Assembly: GCA_023248535.1 (NCBI GenBank)
Contig: JAHFEJ010000005.1
Location: 19,456-64,572 of the forward strand
Origin: Nitrospinales bacterium
Lineage (GTDB): Bacteria; Nitrospinota_A; UBA7883; JACRGQ01
Length of the DNA stretch: 45,117 nucleotides
Reading direction: 5' to 3'
This document shows, piece by piece, positions 29,551-39,362 of this stretch; positions within the stretch are counted from its first letter, which is position 1, and the number at the start of each line of letters is the position of its first letter. The position numbers and the translations under genes are program-made. The notes under the pieces were generated by a model. The model saw only the letters and a list, made by a program, of their open reading frames with translations. It ran no database searches and was not told the origin of the DNA.

Positions 29551-30471
29551 ATGGGGGTTTGGTATTTCTTTTCGCCGCTATTCCTGGAGCACGATACGGG
29601 GAATCACCCGGAGAACCCGGAGCGGTTACGCGTCATCAACCGTGAGATCGAAAAGCTGATCCCGGTCGAGCAATGGATCGAGCCTGCGGACGCCACCATA
29701 GACCAGATAGCGGCCATTCACGACCGCGAATATATACAGGACGTAGAAAAAGCGTGCGCACTGGGGGCTGATGCGTTGGATATCGACACCCCCATCTGCC
29801 CAAAAAGTTACGCCGCCGCCCTGCGCGCCGCCGGGGCGGCCTGCAACGCGGTGGAGGCCGTTCTTGCGGGGAAAACCAAACACGCATTCTGCGCCGTCCG
29901 CCCGCCGGGGCACCACGCCGAGCAGGCCATCGGCATGGGCTTTTGCCTTTTCAACAACGTCGCTATCGCGGCGCGTTACGCGCAATCGCTTGGGGCGAAC
30001 AAAATAGCCATCGTCGATTGGGACGTTCACCACGGCAACGGTACCCAGCACTCGTTCGAGCGCGACCCATCGGTTCTTTTTATCTCCATCCACCATTGGG
30101 GCATCTATCCCGGAACCGGACACGACCACGAGATCGGCAAGGAGGAGGGGACCGGTTACTCGTTGAATTACCCGTTGCCCGCGTATTCCGGCGACAGCAC
30201 CTATCTCACGCTTTTCGAGCACTCCCTCATTCCGCAGATAAAGAAATTCCACCCCGACCTCATCCTTATTTCCGCGGGGTTCGACGCACACGAAAGCGAT
30301 CCGCTCGGCGGCATGAAAGTCACCGATGACGGTTTTGCCGCCATGACGAAAATGCTGGTCGATGCCGCGGACGAAACGTGCGGCGGAAAGATCGTATCGC
30401 TGCTCGAAGGGGGCTATAATCTGAACACGCTGGGGGCCACGGTGGCCCGCCATGTGAAGGAGCTTATGTAA
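29551..30471 (+). CDS. Histone deacetylase family (Zn-dependent amidohydrolase)
   Basis: [54 protein letters not shown]. Confidence 0.95.
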   Translation: MGVWYFFSPLFLEHDTGNHPENPERLRVINREIEKLIPVEQWIEPADATIDQIAAIHDREYIQDVEKACALGADALDIDTPICPKSYAAALRAAGAACNAVEAVLAGKTKHAFCAVRPPGHHAEQAIGMGFCLFNNVAIAARYAQSLGANKIAIVDWDVHHGNGTQHSFERDPSVLFISIHHWGIYPGTGHDHEIGKEEGTGYSLNYPLPAYSGDSTYLTLFEHSLIPQIKKFHPDLILISAGFDAHESDPLGGMKVTDDGFAAMTKMLVDAADETCGGKIVSLLEGGYNLNTLGATVARHVKELM

Positions 30472-31472
30472 TGCCGCAACAGCCGCTGCTTTCGGTTCAG
30501 AACCTCACGATACAGTTCCGCACGGACGATGGATTGGGCAAAGCGGTCGACGGCGTATCGTTCGACCTTTATCCCAACGAAACGCTCGGCATCGTGGGGG
30601 AGAGCGGCTGCGGCAAGACGGTGACCGCCCTTTCCATCCTGCGGCTTATCCAAAGCCCCCCCGGCGAGATTTCATCGGGCAAGATACTGTTTGACGGCAC
30701 GGACATTCTCACGCTGAACGAAAACGAGCTGCGCGCCATACGGGGCAACCGCATAGCGATGGTCTTTCAGGAGCCGATGACCGCCCTCAATCCCGTCTTC
30801 ACCATCGGCGATCAGATAGGTGAGGTGTTCCGCATTCATCAAAAATCATCGAAGGCCGAGGCGCGTGCCAAGTCAATCGAGATGCTCCGCCAGGTGGGCA
30901 TCCCCGACCCGGAAAAGCGGGTGGACGAATACCCGCATCAGTTGAGCGGCGGCATGCGGCAGCGCGCCATGATAGCGATGGCGCTTGGCTGCAAGCCGGT
31001 CATTTTGATAGCCGACGAGCCGACAACCGCGCTGGATGTCACCATTCAGGCGCAGATACTCGACCTGATGGACGAGTTGAAGCGGAAATTTGACGCGTCG
31101 ATCATCCTCATCACGCACGATTTAGGGGTGGTGGCGAATTACGCTCAGCGGATCGCGGTGATGTACGCCGGGAAGATCGTGGAAAGCTGCACGGTATCGC
31201 AGATTTTTTCCAACCCGAAACATCCCTACACGGTCGGGCTGATGGAATCGATCCCCGCCATTCAGGATGAGGGGGACAAGCCGGTGCGGCTGCGCGAGAT
31301 AAAGGGGATTGTGCCGCCGTTGCACGACATGCCGCCAGGGTGCCCCTTTCACCCGCGTTGCCACAGAAGATTCGAGCCTTGCGATAAAGAAACGCCGCAG
31401 CTGCTGGAGGTGGGCGCCGGCCACTTGTGCGCATGCCATCTCCACATCGGTTGTGTAAAGCCGCCTGCCTGA
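30471..31472 (+). CDS. Peptide/nickel ABC transporter ATP-binding protein (OppD/DppD-like)
   Basis: [44 protein letters not shown]-terminal CPFHPRC...C...C. Confidence 0.95.
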   Translation: MPQQPLLSVQNLTIQFRTDDGLGKAVDGVSFDLYPNETLGIVGESGCGKTVTALSILRLIQSPPGEISSGKILFDGTDILTLNENELRAIRGNRIAMVFQEPMTALNPVFTIGDQIGEVFRIHQKSSKAEARAKSIEMLRQVGIPDPEKRVDEYPHQLSGGMRQRAMIAMALGCKPVILIADEPTTALDVTIQAQILDLMDELKRKFDASIILITHDLGVVANYAQRIAVMYAGKIVESCTVSQIFSNPKHPYTVGLMESIPAIQDEGDKPVRLREIKGIVPPLHDMPPGCPFHPRCHRRFEPCDKETPQLLEVGAGHLCACHLHIGCVKPPA

Positions 31473-31499
31473 TATTCTTCTTTCCGCATCCCGTGGACA

Positions 31500-32381
31500 T
31501 TACAGGGTAACGGTCGCCAGCACCTCGTTCCCTTTTCCCAGATATTCAAGGCGGTCGAAACTCATCATGCGGGACATGGCAATCCCGCGTCCATGGCTGT
31601 CGCAGGCCCGTTCCGAACTGATCTCAAGGTATGAACGCCAATCGAACCCCCTTCCCTCATCCCTGATAAGAAACCGTATCTCGCCGATTTTCTTTTCGTA
31701 TTCCAGCCTGACCTTCTTTCCGGCATTTTCGGGCAATGTGGCCCGGCGGTCTAATTCCTTCCGATAGCTGTCGGCCGCGATCAACTTCGATTTTTCGTTG
31801 TAACTCATGCCGAGACTGCCATATTCGACAGCGTTCAACAGAAGTTCCGACAGCCCGACCGCGACCATAGCCGGATTGGGACAGTTCTGGGCCAACAGGC
31901 TGGATAATATCCGCGTTTCGTCGACGGTGCGGATGCCAAACCGGCCGTTCTCGATATAGGTGACAAAAGCCGCAATTTCACGGGCCTCATGTTTTACCGC
32001 GCTGTACCGCGAATAATCGTTAACCGCGGTTTTCACTATGGCAAGCAGGGTTTCTTGCAAAAACGGTTTCGTAAGATAGTAGTAGGCGCCCGCTTTAAGT
32101 CCTTCAAGAATCTCTTCCCTGGAGTCTTTGGCCGTCTCCATGATTACCGGCAAGGTTTGCAAAGCGGCGTCGCTTTTAATGTGTTTGAGGACTTCCAGCC
32201 CTTCCATACGCGGCATCGCGCGGTCAAGGATAATGGCGTGGAATTGGTCGGGATTTGCACGCAGGGCGGTTAATGCATCCAGGCCATTGTTGTATGATTC
32301 CGTTTTGTAATCGGCGGCGGTCAACGTTTTTTCGATCCGGAGCCGAGTTGTGTCATCGTCCTCTGCTATCAGTATTTTCAT
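31500..32381 (-). CDS. Response regulator with RsbW-like HATPase output domain
   Basis: REC (IAEDD, IILD, YLTKPF) plus ELLLNAVEYG, IRDEGRGFD, HGRGI. Confidence 0.85.
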   Translation of the reverse strand: MKILIAEDDDTTRLRIEKTLTAADYKTESYNNGLDALTALRANPDQFHAIILDRAMPRMEGLEVLKHIKSDAALQTLPVIMETAKDSREEILEGLKAGAYYYLTKPFLQETLLAIVKTAVNDYSRYSAVKHEAREIAAFVTYIENGRFGIRTVDETRILSSLLAQNCPNPAMVAVGLSELLLNAVEYGSLGMSYNEKSKLIAADSYRKELDRRATLPENAGKKVRLEYEKKIGEIRFLIRDEGRGFDWRSYLEISSERACDSHGRGIAMSRMMSFDRLEYLGKGNEVLATVTL

Positions 32382-35300
32382 TTCATCCCCCTTCCCGAAA
32401 TACCGGCTAAGACCGTTTTCAGTTTTTCAATTTCTTTTTCCAGGATGTTATACGGTACGGCCGCTTCTTTGCAACGCCCATTCAAGGCTTCAATCTCAAG
32501 CCGGGCGGAAACCGTGTATGCGCTGTTGGGGCCGAAATTGGAGAGCGCCCCTTTAAGCTTGTGGGCGGCGGCGGATAGCATTTCCATATCATTCCGCCTG
32601 ACGCCTTCCCGCACGGCGTCCATGTAGGTATCAACGCCGGTCAAAAACGACGCGGCCACATACTTCAATAATTCTTCGTCCCCGCTGAGTTGGTCGAGCG
32701 CCATTTTCCGGAACCCCTCAAAATCGGTTTCAGTCCCGCTTGGCCGGCCGGCATCAAGCTCCCTGCGGATTGGTTGTCCTCCGCCCGCGATATTATCGAT
32801 GGCATCCCGCAGGTCTCTCCCCTTTACCGGCTTGGAGATATAGGAATCCATACCGACACTTAAACATTTATCCTTGTCCTTTTTGAATGCGAGGGCCGTA
32901 AGGCCGATGATGGGAATATGCGCACCCGTTTTTTTCTCCATTTCCCGTATCGCCGCCGTTGCCTGGAATCCGTCCATCTCCGGCATGTTGACGTCCATCA
33001 GAATCAATCCAAAGGCTTTTCCGGAATACATATCCACCGCTTCTTTGCCGTTGTTGGCGATGGTGACTTCGTGCCCGAAACCTTCCAGCATTTTTACCGC
33101 CACTTTCTGGTTTATCGGGTCGTCTTCGACAAGGAGTATTTTCAGGGACACCGCCGACTTCCCCTTAACCGGGGCATCCTCCGATTTGCGCGGCATCGGG
33201 GCAGACAAGGCATCGTTCTTTATAGTTCCTTTTTCAACAAGCACTTTAATGATTTTGTTATAAAGAGCCGATCTTTTGACCGGTTTTACCAGGTAATGGC
33301 TTATTCCCACTTCTTTGCTTTGTGCAATATGTCCATCGCGGTTATCGGAGGTAAGCATCATGATGGATACCCCAGCCAACGCGGGATTTGCCCGCACCCG
33401 CCGGGCGACCTCAAAACCGTCCATCTCCGGCATGCGGCAATCGAGGAGTATCAAATCGAATGGGGCCGCCGCGGTTTTGGGACTGCCGAGCAGCGATAAT
33501 GCGCCCTTTCCGCCGGATGCCTCGAAAACCACCGTTCCCCAACTGCCAAGTGCTTCCCGCAGGATCAACCGGTTGGTTGCATTGTCATCCACTATCAGCA
33601 CCTTTAGGCCGAACAAGGCCGACGCATTCGCCGCCACATGTTCTCCGGTCTTTTCCTTTTCCGCCCCGATGTTAAATTGAGCGGTGAAATTAAATGTGCT
33701 TCCTTTTCCCAGGGAGCTTTCCACCCACATTCTGCCCCCCATTTTTTCGGCCAGCTTTTTCGATATGGTCAGGCCAAGGCCCGTCCCGCCGTATTTCCGG
33801 GTTGTGGACGAATCGGCCTGGGTGAAATCCTCAAAAATGGTTTCCTGTTTGCTTTTATCGATTCCTATTCCGGTATCCATCACGGAAAACAGCAGCGTGG
33901 CGCTATTGGCTCGTTTTTCATGCAACCCGACTTCAATGAAGACTTCCCCCCCTTCGGTGAACTTGACCGCGTTCCCCATAAGGTTGACCAGTATCTGCCG
34001 CAGCCGGTTCGGATCTCCGATAAGGTTTACCGGGACTTCGTCCCACACATGGCAATTCAGCTCAAGTTTTTTGGAGTGCGCCCGGATGGCCATTATTTCG
34101 CATACCCTGTCAATAAGGTCTTGCAGGTCAAATTCCATATTCTCAAGCTCAAGATGCCCCGCTTCGATTTTGGAAAGATCCAATATGTCATCTATAAGCC
34201 GTAACAGGTTATCCCCGGCGTTTTGGAATATCCCCACATATTCTTCCTGTTCCCGGGTAAGGTTGGTCTGTTTTAAAAGGTCCGCCATTCCGATAATGGC
34301 ATTCATCGGCGTCCGTATTTCATGGCTCATCGAAGCCAGAAATTCGCTCTTGGCCTGGTTGGCAAGTTCCGCCCCCTCTTTTGCGACGCGAAGCATCTCT
34401 TCCGCCTGTTTCCTTTCGGAAATATCGCTCACCACGGATACGAATTGAATAATGTTGCCCGCCTCATCCCTTACGGCGCTGATGGAAGTGTCTTGCGCGT
34501 ATAAACCGCCGTCCTTGCGTTTGTTCCATATTTCACCTCTCCATAATCCTTCCTTAAGAAGGCCGGCCCACATCCCTTGATAAAATGCCTGATCATGTTT
34601 TCCCGATTTCAGGATGCTGGGATTTTGCCCGATAACTTCGCTGGCGCTATAGCCGGTAATTTTCTCAAAAGCCTTGTTGACCGATTGTATCAAGCCGGAC
34701 TCATCCGCGATGATGATGCCTTCCGCGGTGTTATCAAACACCGTGGTATGGAGCTTTAACTTCTCTTCCATTTTCTTCCGGCTGGAAATATCGCGCGCGA
34801 AGGAGATAACGGTATTCCCGCCGTTGAGCGTAAAAAGGTTGGCGTTGACCTCCACCGGTATTTCCCGTCCGTCTTTGGTGACATGAACACTTTCAACCAG
34901 CAGGGTTTTTTTTGCCATGAGCGTTTTGAGGAGGCCGGGAAGATTCACGCCCGCCTTCGAGTCCCTTTTGGTGAGGGCTTTTGGGGAAATGTGGCTGAAC
35001 TCTTCCCTGGAATACCCGTATCTGCGGCAGGCAATATCGTTGACTTCGATAAAATTGCCGAATACGCCGTTATCGCCGATTGGCGAAACCAATATGGCGT
35101 CGTTGGCGCTTTCAAAAAACGAGCGGTAGCGCTTTTCGTTTTCATACTTCGCCTCTTCGGCTTCTTTCCGCTCTTTGTCCGCCTTTATTAATTCGTCCAT
35201 CGTTGCTTCCAGCCGCTGGTTTGTGATCTGCACCTCCCGTGTGCGGCGTTGCAACTGGTATACAAGCATGTTGATAATGCCCGCCGAAAACAGGAAAATC

Positions 35301-35620
35301 GTGAGGATGGGAAGGTGGATAAGCGGGGATTTCAGCGTCCAAAACGGCGGCATAAATATGTAATGTCCCGTGATGAGGCTCATCGCCACCACCAGAATTC
35401 CCGGCCCCACGCCGCAGAAGTAGGCCGTAATCGCCATGGCCGGATAAAAAGTCAGAAACGCCAGGCCATCTTCCACCGGGAACATGAGAAGACGGATGGC
35501 CAAAGAAACGGCGAATATCATTGCCGCCAACAGGTATCGCATCCACGGTTTCATGGACTGAAACGGTTTGAACATACCGCTAACCGGCATTTTATCCGAC
35601 ATTTCCCGGATGGCAACCAT
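32378..35620 (-). CDS. Hybrid histidine kinase (membrane DUF4118-like domain, 2 PAS, HisKA-HATPase, 2 REC, HPt)
   Basis: Four TM segments; two PAS domains; SHEIRTPMN; NLMGNAVKF; GGTGLGL; LILLDCRMP and LILMDVNMP; AHKLKG HPt; ATG 35620 after AAGGA. Confidence 0.93.
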   Translation of the reverse strand: MVAIREMSDKMPVSGMFKPFQSMKPWMRYLLAAMIFAVSLAIRLLMFPVEDGLAFLTFYPAMAITAYFCGVGPGILVVAMSLITGHYIFMPPFWTLKSPLIHLPILTIFLFSAGIINMLVYQLQRRTREVQITNQRLEATMDELIKADKERKEAEEAKYENEKRYRSFFESANDAILVSPIGDNGVFGNFIEVNDIACRRYGYSREEFSHISPKALTKRDSKAGVNLPGLLKTLMAKKTLLVESVHVTKDGREIPVEVNANLFTLNGGNTVISFARDISSRKKMEEKLKLHTTVFDNTAEGIIIADESGLIQSVNKAFEKITGYSASEVIGQNPSILKSGKHDQAFYQGMWAGLLKEGLWRGEIWNKRKDGGLYAQDTSISAVRDEAGNIIQFVSVVSDISERKQAEEMLRVAKEGAELANQAKSEFLASMSHEIRTPMNAIIGMADLLKQTNLTREQEEYVGIFQNAGDNLLRLIDDILDLSKIEAGHLELENMEFDLQDLIDRVCEIMAIRAHSKKLELNCHVWDEVPVNLIGDPNRLRQILVNLMGNAVKFTEGGEVFIEVGLHEKRANSATLLFSVMDTGIGIDKSKQETIFEDFTQADSSTTRKYGGTGLGLTISKKLAEKMGGRMWVESSLGKGSTFNFTAQFNIGAEKEKTGEHVAANASALFGLKVLIVDDNATNRLILREALGSWGTVVFEASGGKGALSLLGSPKTAAAPFDLILLDCRMPEMDGFEVARRVRANPALAGVSIMMLTSDNRDGHIAQSKEVGISHYLVKPVKRSALYNKIIKVLVEKGTIKNDALSAPMPRKSEDAPVKGKSAVSLKILLVEDDPINQKVAVKMLEGFGHEVTIANNGKEAVDMYSGKAFGLILMDVNMPEMDGFQATAAIREMEKKTGAHIPIIGLTALAFKKDKDKCLSVGMDSYISKPVKGRDLRDAIDNIAGGGQPIRRELDAGRPSGTETDFEGFRKMALDQLSGDEELLKYVAASFLTGVDTYMDAVREGVRRNDMEMLSAAAHKLKGALSNFGPNSAYTVSARLEIEALNGRCKEAAVPYNILEKEIEKLKTVLAGISGRGMK

Positions 35621-35733
35621 GTTCAATTCCTTGGCTGAAGGACCGGCCCGCTATCACCGTTCCGGCCTATTCCGTCAATGACGGGGGACGGGAAAGCGGC
35701 TCCTTTGAAACCGCCGGGTGTCGGGCGCCGCCA

Positions 35734-36852
35734 TCAGCGGCCGGGCGGGTCGGGAATGGTTTTGAGGAACTCCAGATTGCTCTTGGCCTGGCCGAATTTT
35801 TCAAGGAACATCTTGTATTTTTCGCCGCGGCGGTCGTCCAGCAGGGCGCGCCGCAGCATGGCGGATTTGCGCAACACTTCGGACGACAGCAGTTTTTCCT
35901 CTTTGCGGGTGCCCGACTTCTGGAAGTCGATGGCGGGGAATATCCGCTGGTCGGCAAAATTGCGATCCAGCACGATTTCGCTATTGCCGGTCCCCTTGAA
36001 TTCCTGGAATATCAGTTCATCCATCCGGCTACCGGTGTCAACAAGGATGCTGGCGATGATGGTCAGGCTGCCGCCGTGCTCGATGTTCCGGGCGGAACCG
36101 TAGAATTTGCGCGGGAATTCCAGCGCGCCGGCGGAAAGGCCGCCGGACATCGTTTTGCCCCGGCTGTCGAAATCGCGGTTAAAGGCTCGTCCCATGCGGG
36201 TAAGCGAGTCGATCATAAGCACCACGTCGCGTCCCGCTTCAACCAGGCTTTTGGCCCGTTCAAAGACCATGTACGACGCGCGGATATGTTCTTTCTGGGG
36301 CTGGTCGAAATCGGTCGCCACCACTTCGCCGCCCACGGCGCGGCGGAAGTGGGTGCTTTCCTCGGGGCGTTCATCGATAAGGAAAATGATCAGGTGCGCG
36401 TCCGGGTTGTTCGTTTTGATCCCCTTGCTGATGTTTTCGATGATGGTGGTTTTTCCGCTCTTGGGAGGGGCCACGATCAGCATCCGCTGTCCTTTGCCGA
36501 CGGGGATGAACATGTCGATGATGCGGGTGTCCAGCGGCTGCTGGCCGGTTTCCAGCCGGAACTGGTCAAGCGGGTCGATGGCGGTGAGCCGCGCGAAGGG
36601 GATGCGCCCCGCCGCGTCCTGCGGATCCCGCCCGTCGATCAGGTCGACCTTTTCGATGGATATGTTCGGCTGGTTTTTTAGCGCTTTGCCGCTGCCGGTG
36701 ATATGCATGCCGGTTTTCAGGCGCAACTGCTGCACCAGTTTGGGCGAAATGTACGGATCCTGCGGCGAAATCCGGAACCCGCTTTCGATGTCGCGCAGGA
36801 AGCCGTAGCCTTTTTGAACTATTTCAAGTACACCCGATACGGAATTTTCCAC
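35734..36852 (-). CDS. rho: Transcription termination factor Rho, short form lacking the N-terminal helical domain
   Basis: GVLEI...YGFLR, GKGQR.LIVAPPKSGKT, LIDERPEE, DSLTR, SGG, EFKGTGNSE, FPAID...SGTRKEE; 372 aa. Confidence 0.9.
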   Translation of the reverse strand: MENSVSGVLEIVQKGYGFLRDIESGFRISPQDPYISPKLVQQLRLKTGMHITGSGKALKNQPNISIEKVDLIDGRDPQDAAGRIPFARLTAIDPLDQFRLETGQQPLDTRIIDMFIPVGKGQRMLIVAPPKSGKTTIIENISKGIKTNNPDAHLIIFLIDERPEESTHFRRAVGGEVVATDFDQPQKEHIRASYMVFERAKSLVEAGRDVVLMIDSLTRMGRAFNRDFDSRGKTMSGGLSAGALEFPRKFYGSARNIEHGGSLTIIASILVDTGSRMDELIFQEFKGTGNSEIVLDRNFADQRIFPAIDFQKSGTRKEEKLLSSEVLRKSAMLRRALLDDRRGEKYKMFLEKFGQAKSNLEFLKTIPDPPGR

Positions 36853-36915
36853 GTGAATAAAGCCTTTTTATATAAAAACGTTCTCAAGTTTGCGCGCATT
36901 TTCAGGGCGCGCGGT

Positions 36916-36939
36916 AAAATGCGGGGCGCCACGCCCCGC
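36916..36939 (-). terminator. Possible intrinsic terminator after fliN
   Basis: GCGGGGCG-TGG-CGCCCCGC followed by ATTTT on the minus strand. Confidence 0.45.
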
Positions 36940-36955
36940 GTTATGGGAAGAGCCC

Positions 36956-37387
36956 TTACGAGCCCATCGATTGTATGCGGTCAGCGGGACTTATCACCTC
37001 GGTAAGCCGGATGCCGAATTTTTCATTGTTCACGACAACGACTTCCCCCCGGGCAATCAGTTTTTCGTTGACGAAAACATCCAGCGGTTCTCCCACCAGC
37101 TTGGTCAATTCTATAACAGAACCCTGTCCAAGTTGAAGCAGATCGTTTATAAGCATTTTCGAGCGTCCCATTTCCACCGACAGGCTTAACGGGATGTCGA
37201 GGATCATCTCGAGCTTTTTGTCGTCCACGCTCGTCATTGACGAGGGCCGCCCGGCCGCCACGGCCGTTGCCGCCGGCGCGGCCGCCGCGGGTTCCTCCTT
37301 CGGCTTCTGCGCCTCGGTGCGCAGCATTTTCCGCTGCTCTTCGAGGTCTTCGGCCGCCGCCGCCCAGAGGTCTTCTTCGTTGCTCAA
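36956..37387 (-). CDS. fliN: Flagellar motor switch protein FliN
   Basis: LEMILDIPLSLSVEMGR, LGQGSVIEL, GEPLDVFVN..IARGEVVVV, FGIRLTE. Confidence 0.95.
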   Translation of the reverse strand: MSNEEDLWAAAAEDLEEQRKMLRTEAQKPKEEPAAAAPAATAVAAGRPSSMTSVDDKKLEMILDIPLSLSVEMGRSKMLINDLLQLGQGSVIELTKLVGEPLDVFVNEKLIARGEVVVVNNEKFGIRLTEVISPADRIQSMGS

Positions 37388-37416
37388 ATCTTCGTCCTTC
37401 GCTTTGCTATTTTATA

Positions 37417-38397
37417 TCAGGTTTCACGCTTCATTACCCGCGTGATTTTTATCGCCTTGTTGCCGCGCACCACGCCGGGCACCCCCATGTATTTCGGCAC
37501 GCCCCCCACGGTGACCATCAACTCGTCGGAAATGTCCGTTCCCAGGGTAAGCACATCCCCGGCTTTAATGTTGACGAAATCGCGGGAGGTAACGGTCGCC
37601 TCGCCCAACTTCACCCGGCACTCCACCTCCGCCATCGCCAGGCGTTCGCGCAGCCGCCGCACCCAGGCAAGGTCCACTTCCAACTGGTCGCTCTGAAAGC
37701 CGGCCTTCAGCTTGCCGATGATCGGTTCGATGGTCGAATACGGCAGGCATACGGTCAGGGTTCCGCTGAACTGGTCCATCTCGACTTCATACAGGATAAC
37801 CACCACCACATCGGTCGGCGGAACGATCGCGGCGAATTGCGGGTTGACCTCGGAGCGGACGAAGGCCATCTCCACCGGATGAACCGGCATCCATGCCTTT
37901 TGCAGGTCGGCCAGCGCCATGATGATGACGTTTTTGATGATCCGCTGTTCGATGGTGGTGAAATCGCGCCCTTCGATCTTCATCTTCGCTTCCCCGCTGC
38001 CGCCGAAGAAGCTGTCCACCAGCGCAAAAACCATTTTCGATTCCGCTACCAGCAGCGCGAAACCCCGCAACGGGATCATCCTGAAAATGTGCAGCGAGGC
38101 GGGCACCGGCAGCGATTTGATGAATTCGCCGAATTTCACCGTATCGGTGGAAACCGCGCTCACATCCAGCACTTTGCGCAGCGCCGAGGAAAGCGAATTG
38201 CGGAACAGCCGCGAGAAACGCTGGTTGATGATGTCCAGCGTCGGCATTCTGCCGCGTATGATCCGTTCCTGGCTGGTAAGGTCGTACGCAACAACGCCGC
38301 TTTCGTCGCCGAGGTCTTCCGCCTCGGTTTCGATCTCTCCGTCGCTGACGCCGCGTAACAGCGCGTCGACTTCTTCCTGCGATAATATTTGGCTCAT
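37417..38397 (-). CDS. fliM: Flagellar motor switch protein FliM
   Basis: MSQILSQEEVDALL (CheY-binding), YDL...RGRMPTL, FGGSG..R.FT.IE, SEVNPQFA, C-terminal SpoA domain. Confidence 0.97.
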   Translation of the reverse strand: MSQILSQEEVDALLRGVSDGEIETEAEDLGDESGVVAYDLTSQERIIRGRMPTLDIINQRFSRLFRNSLSSALRKVLDVSAVSTDTVKFGEFIKSLPVPASLHIFRMIPLRGFALLVAESKMVFALVDSFFGGSGEAKMKIEGRDFTTIEQRIIKNVIIMALADLQKAWMPVHPVEMAFVRSEVNPQFAAIVPPTDVVVVILYEVEMDQFSGTLTVCLPYSTIEPIIGKLKAGFQSDQLEVDLAWVRRLRERLAMAEVECRVKLGEATVTSRDFVNIKAGDVLTLGTDISDELMVTVGGVPKYMGVPGVVRGNKAIKITRVMKRET

Positions 38398-38443
38398 GGC
38401 CGGTGCACATTACTCCCTGTTGCCGGCGGCGGCGCCGCCAGGG

Positions 38444-39028
38444 TCATTGTATGACGAATTCCACGAAAAAGATGTTTTTTACCACCCCGTTGGTGAGGGT
38501 GTTGTTGATCCGCGTGAGCACCTGCTCTTTCAGGCGGAATTTACCTTCAATGGTCAGCAGATCCTCGGCCGATTTGGAAGAGAGCACGGTTATGACCGCG
38601 TCCTTTATCTGCGGCATCCGGTTGGTCACTTCGGCCGTCATGTCCGGCCGCGCCAGTTCCAGCTGCATGGTTATTTTCAGATAGCGTTTGCCCGCGTCCG
38701 AGGCGAGGTTGACAATGAAGGGATCAAGCGAGACGAATACCCCCATCTTTCCTTCGCCGCCCGCTTCACCGCCGCCGCCGCCACCGCCGCCGTGTTCGCC
38801 GCCCTTCGCTTCGCCGCCGCCCGCTTCACCTTCGGCCGCCGGAGCGCCATGTTCCGCGCCCCCTTTGGCGGCTTTTTTGCCTCCAAGCATGGTGACGGCC
38901 AGATAGCCCCCCACGCCGATAAGCCCCACCAGCAATACACCGATGATAATGATAAGCGCCAGCTTGCTCTTGGCCTTTTTTGGCGCGGACGGCGCGTCGC
39001 CGCCTTCAGGCGCCTCTTCAATCGCCAT
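38444..39028 (-). CDS. fliL: Flagellar basal body-associated protein FliL
   Basis: Single TM; Gly/Glu linker; LDPFIVNL, RYLK, P.IKD, GK..LK, IFF.EFVIQ; RBS GGAGG. Confidence 0.93.
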   Translation of the reverse strand: MAIEEAPEGGDAPSAPKKAKSKLALIIIIGVLLVGLIGVGGYLAVTMLGGKKAAKGGAEHGAPAAEGEAGGGEAKGGEHGGGGGGGGEAGGEGKMGVFVSLDPFIVNLASDAGKRYLKITMQLELARPDMTAEVTNRMPQIKDAVITVLSSKSAEDLLTIEGKFRLKEQVLTRINNTLTNGVVKNIFFVEFVIQ

Positions 39029-39362
39029 TTAAGTACCTCCTAAATCGGTTTTGTGGCGGGTTGTTTGCTGACATGTTCAACCCCGCGGCCGCGTGTGCGG
39101 CATTCTTTGCTGATATTTTTGCCTTGGCGCCGCGGCGGCAATCCCCTTTGGCCTGTTTTCGCGTTCACCAATAATCTGCCCGTATGCCCTACCATTATGA
39201 TTTGATTATGTGAAAAAGCAAGTATTTCCGTGAATTTCAACCCGGCCGCTCCAATTCCCCGGCCTTGCCGCCGCCGCTTTTCACATGGTTGTCCAATCAC
39301 TTATCGGATGTGGAAGCCGATAACCTGAGGGGGGGGGTGGCAAGCCTTGCCTCCAGGAAATT

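Noticed and set aside
39040-39360. sigma54 promoter or small gene upstream of fliL; G9 tract at 39329-39337
   Set aside because: No GG-N10-GC match with correct spacing was found; the 86-aa ORF has no motif; the G-run is intergenic and far from any identified promoter
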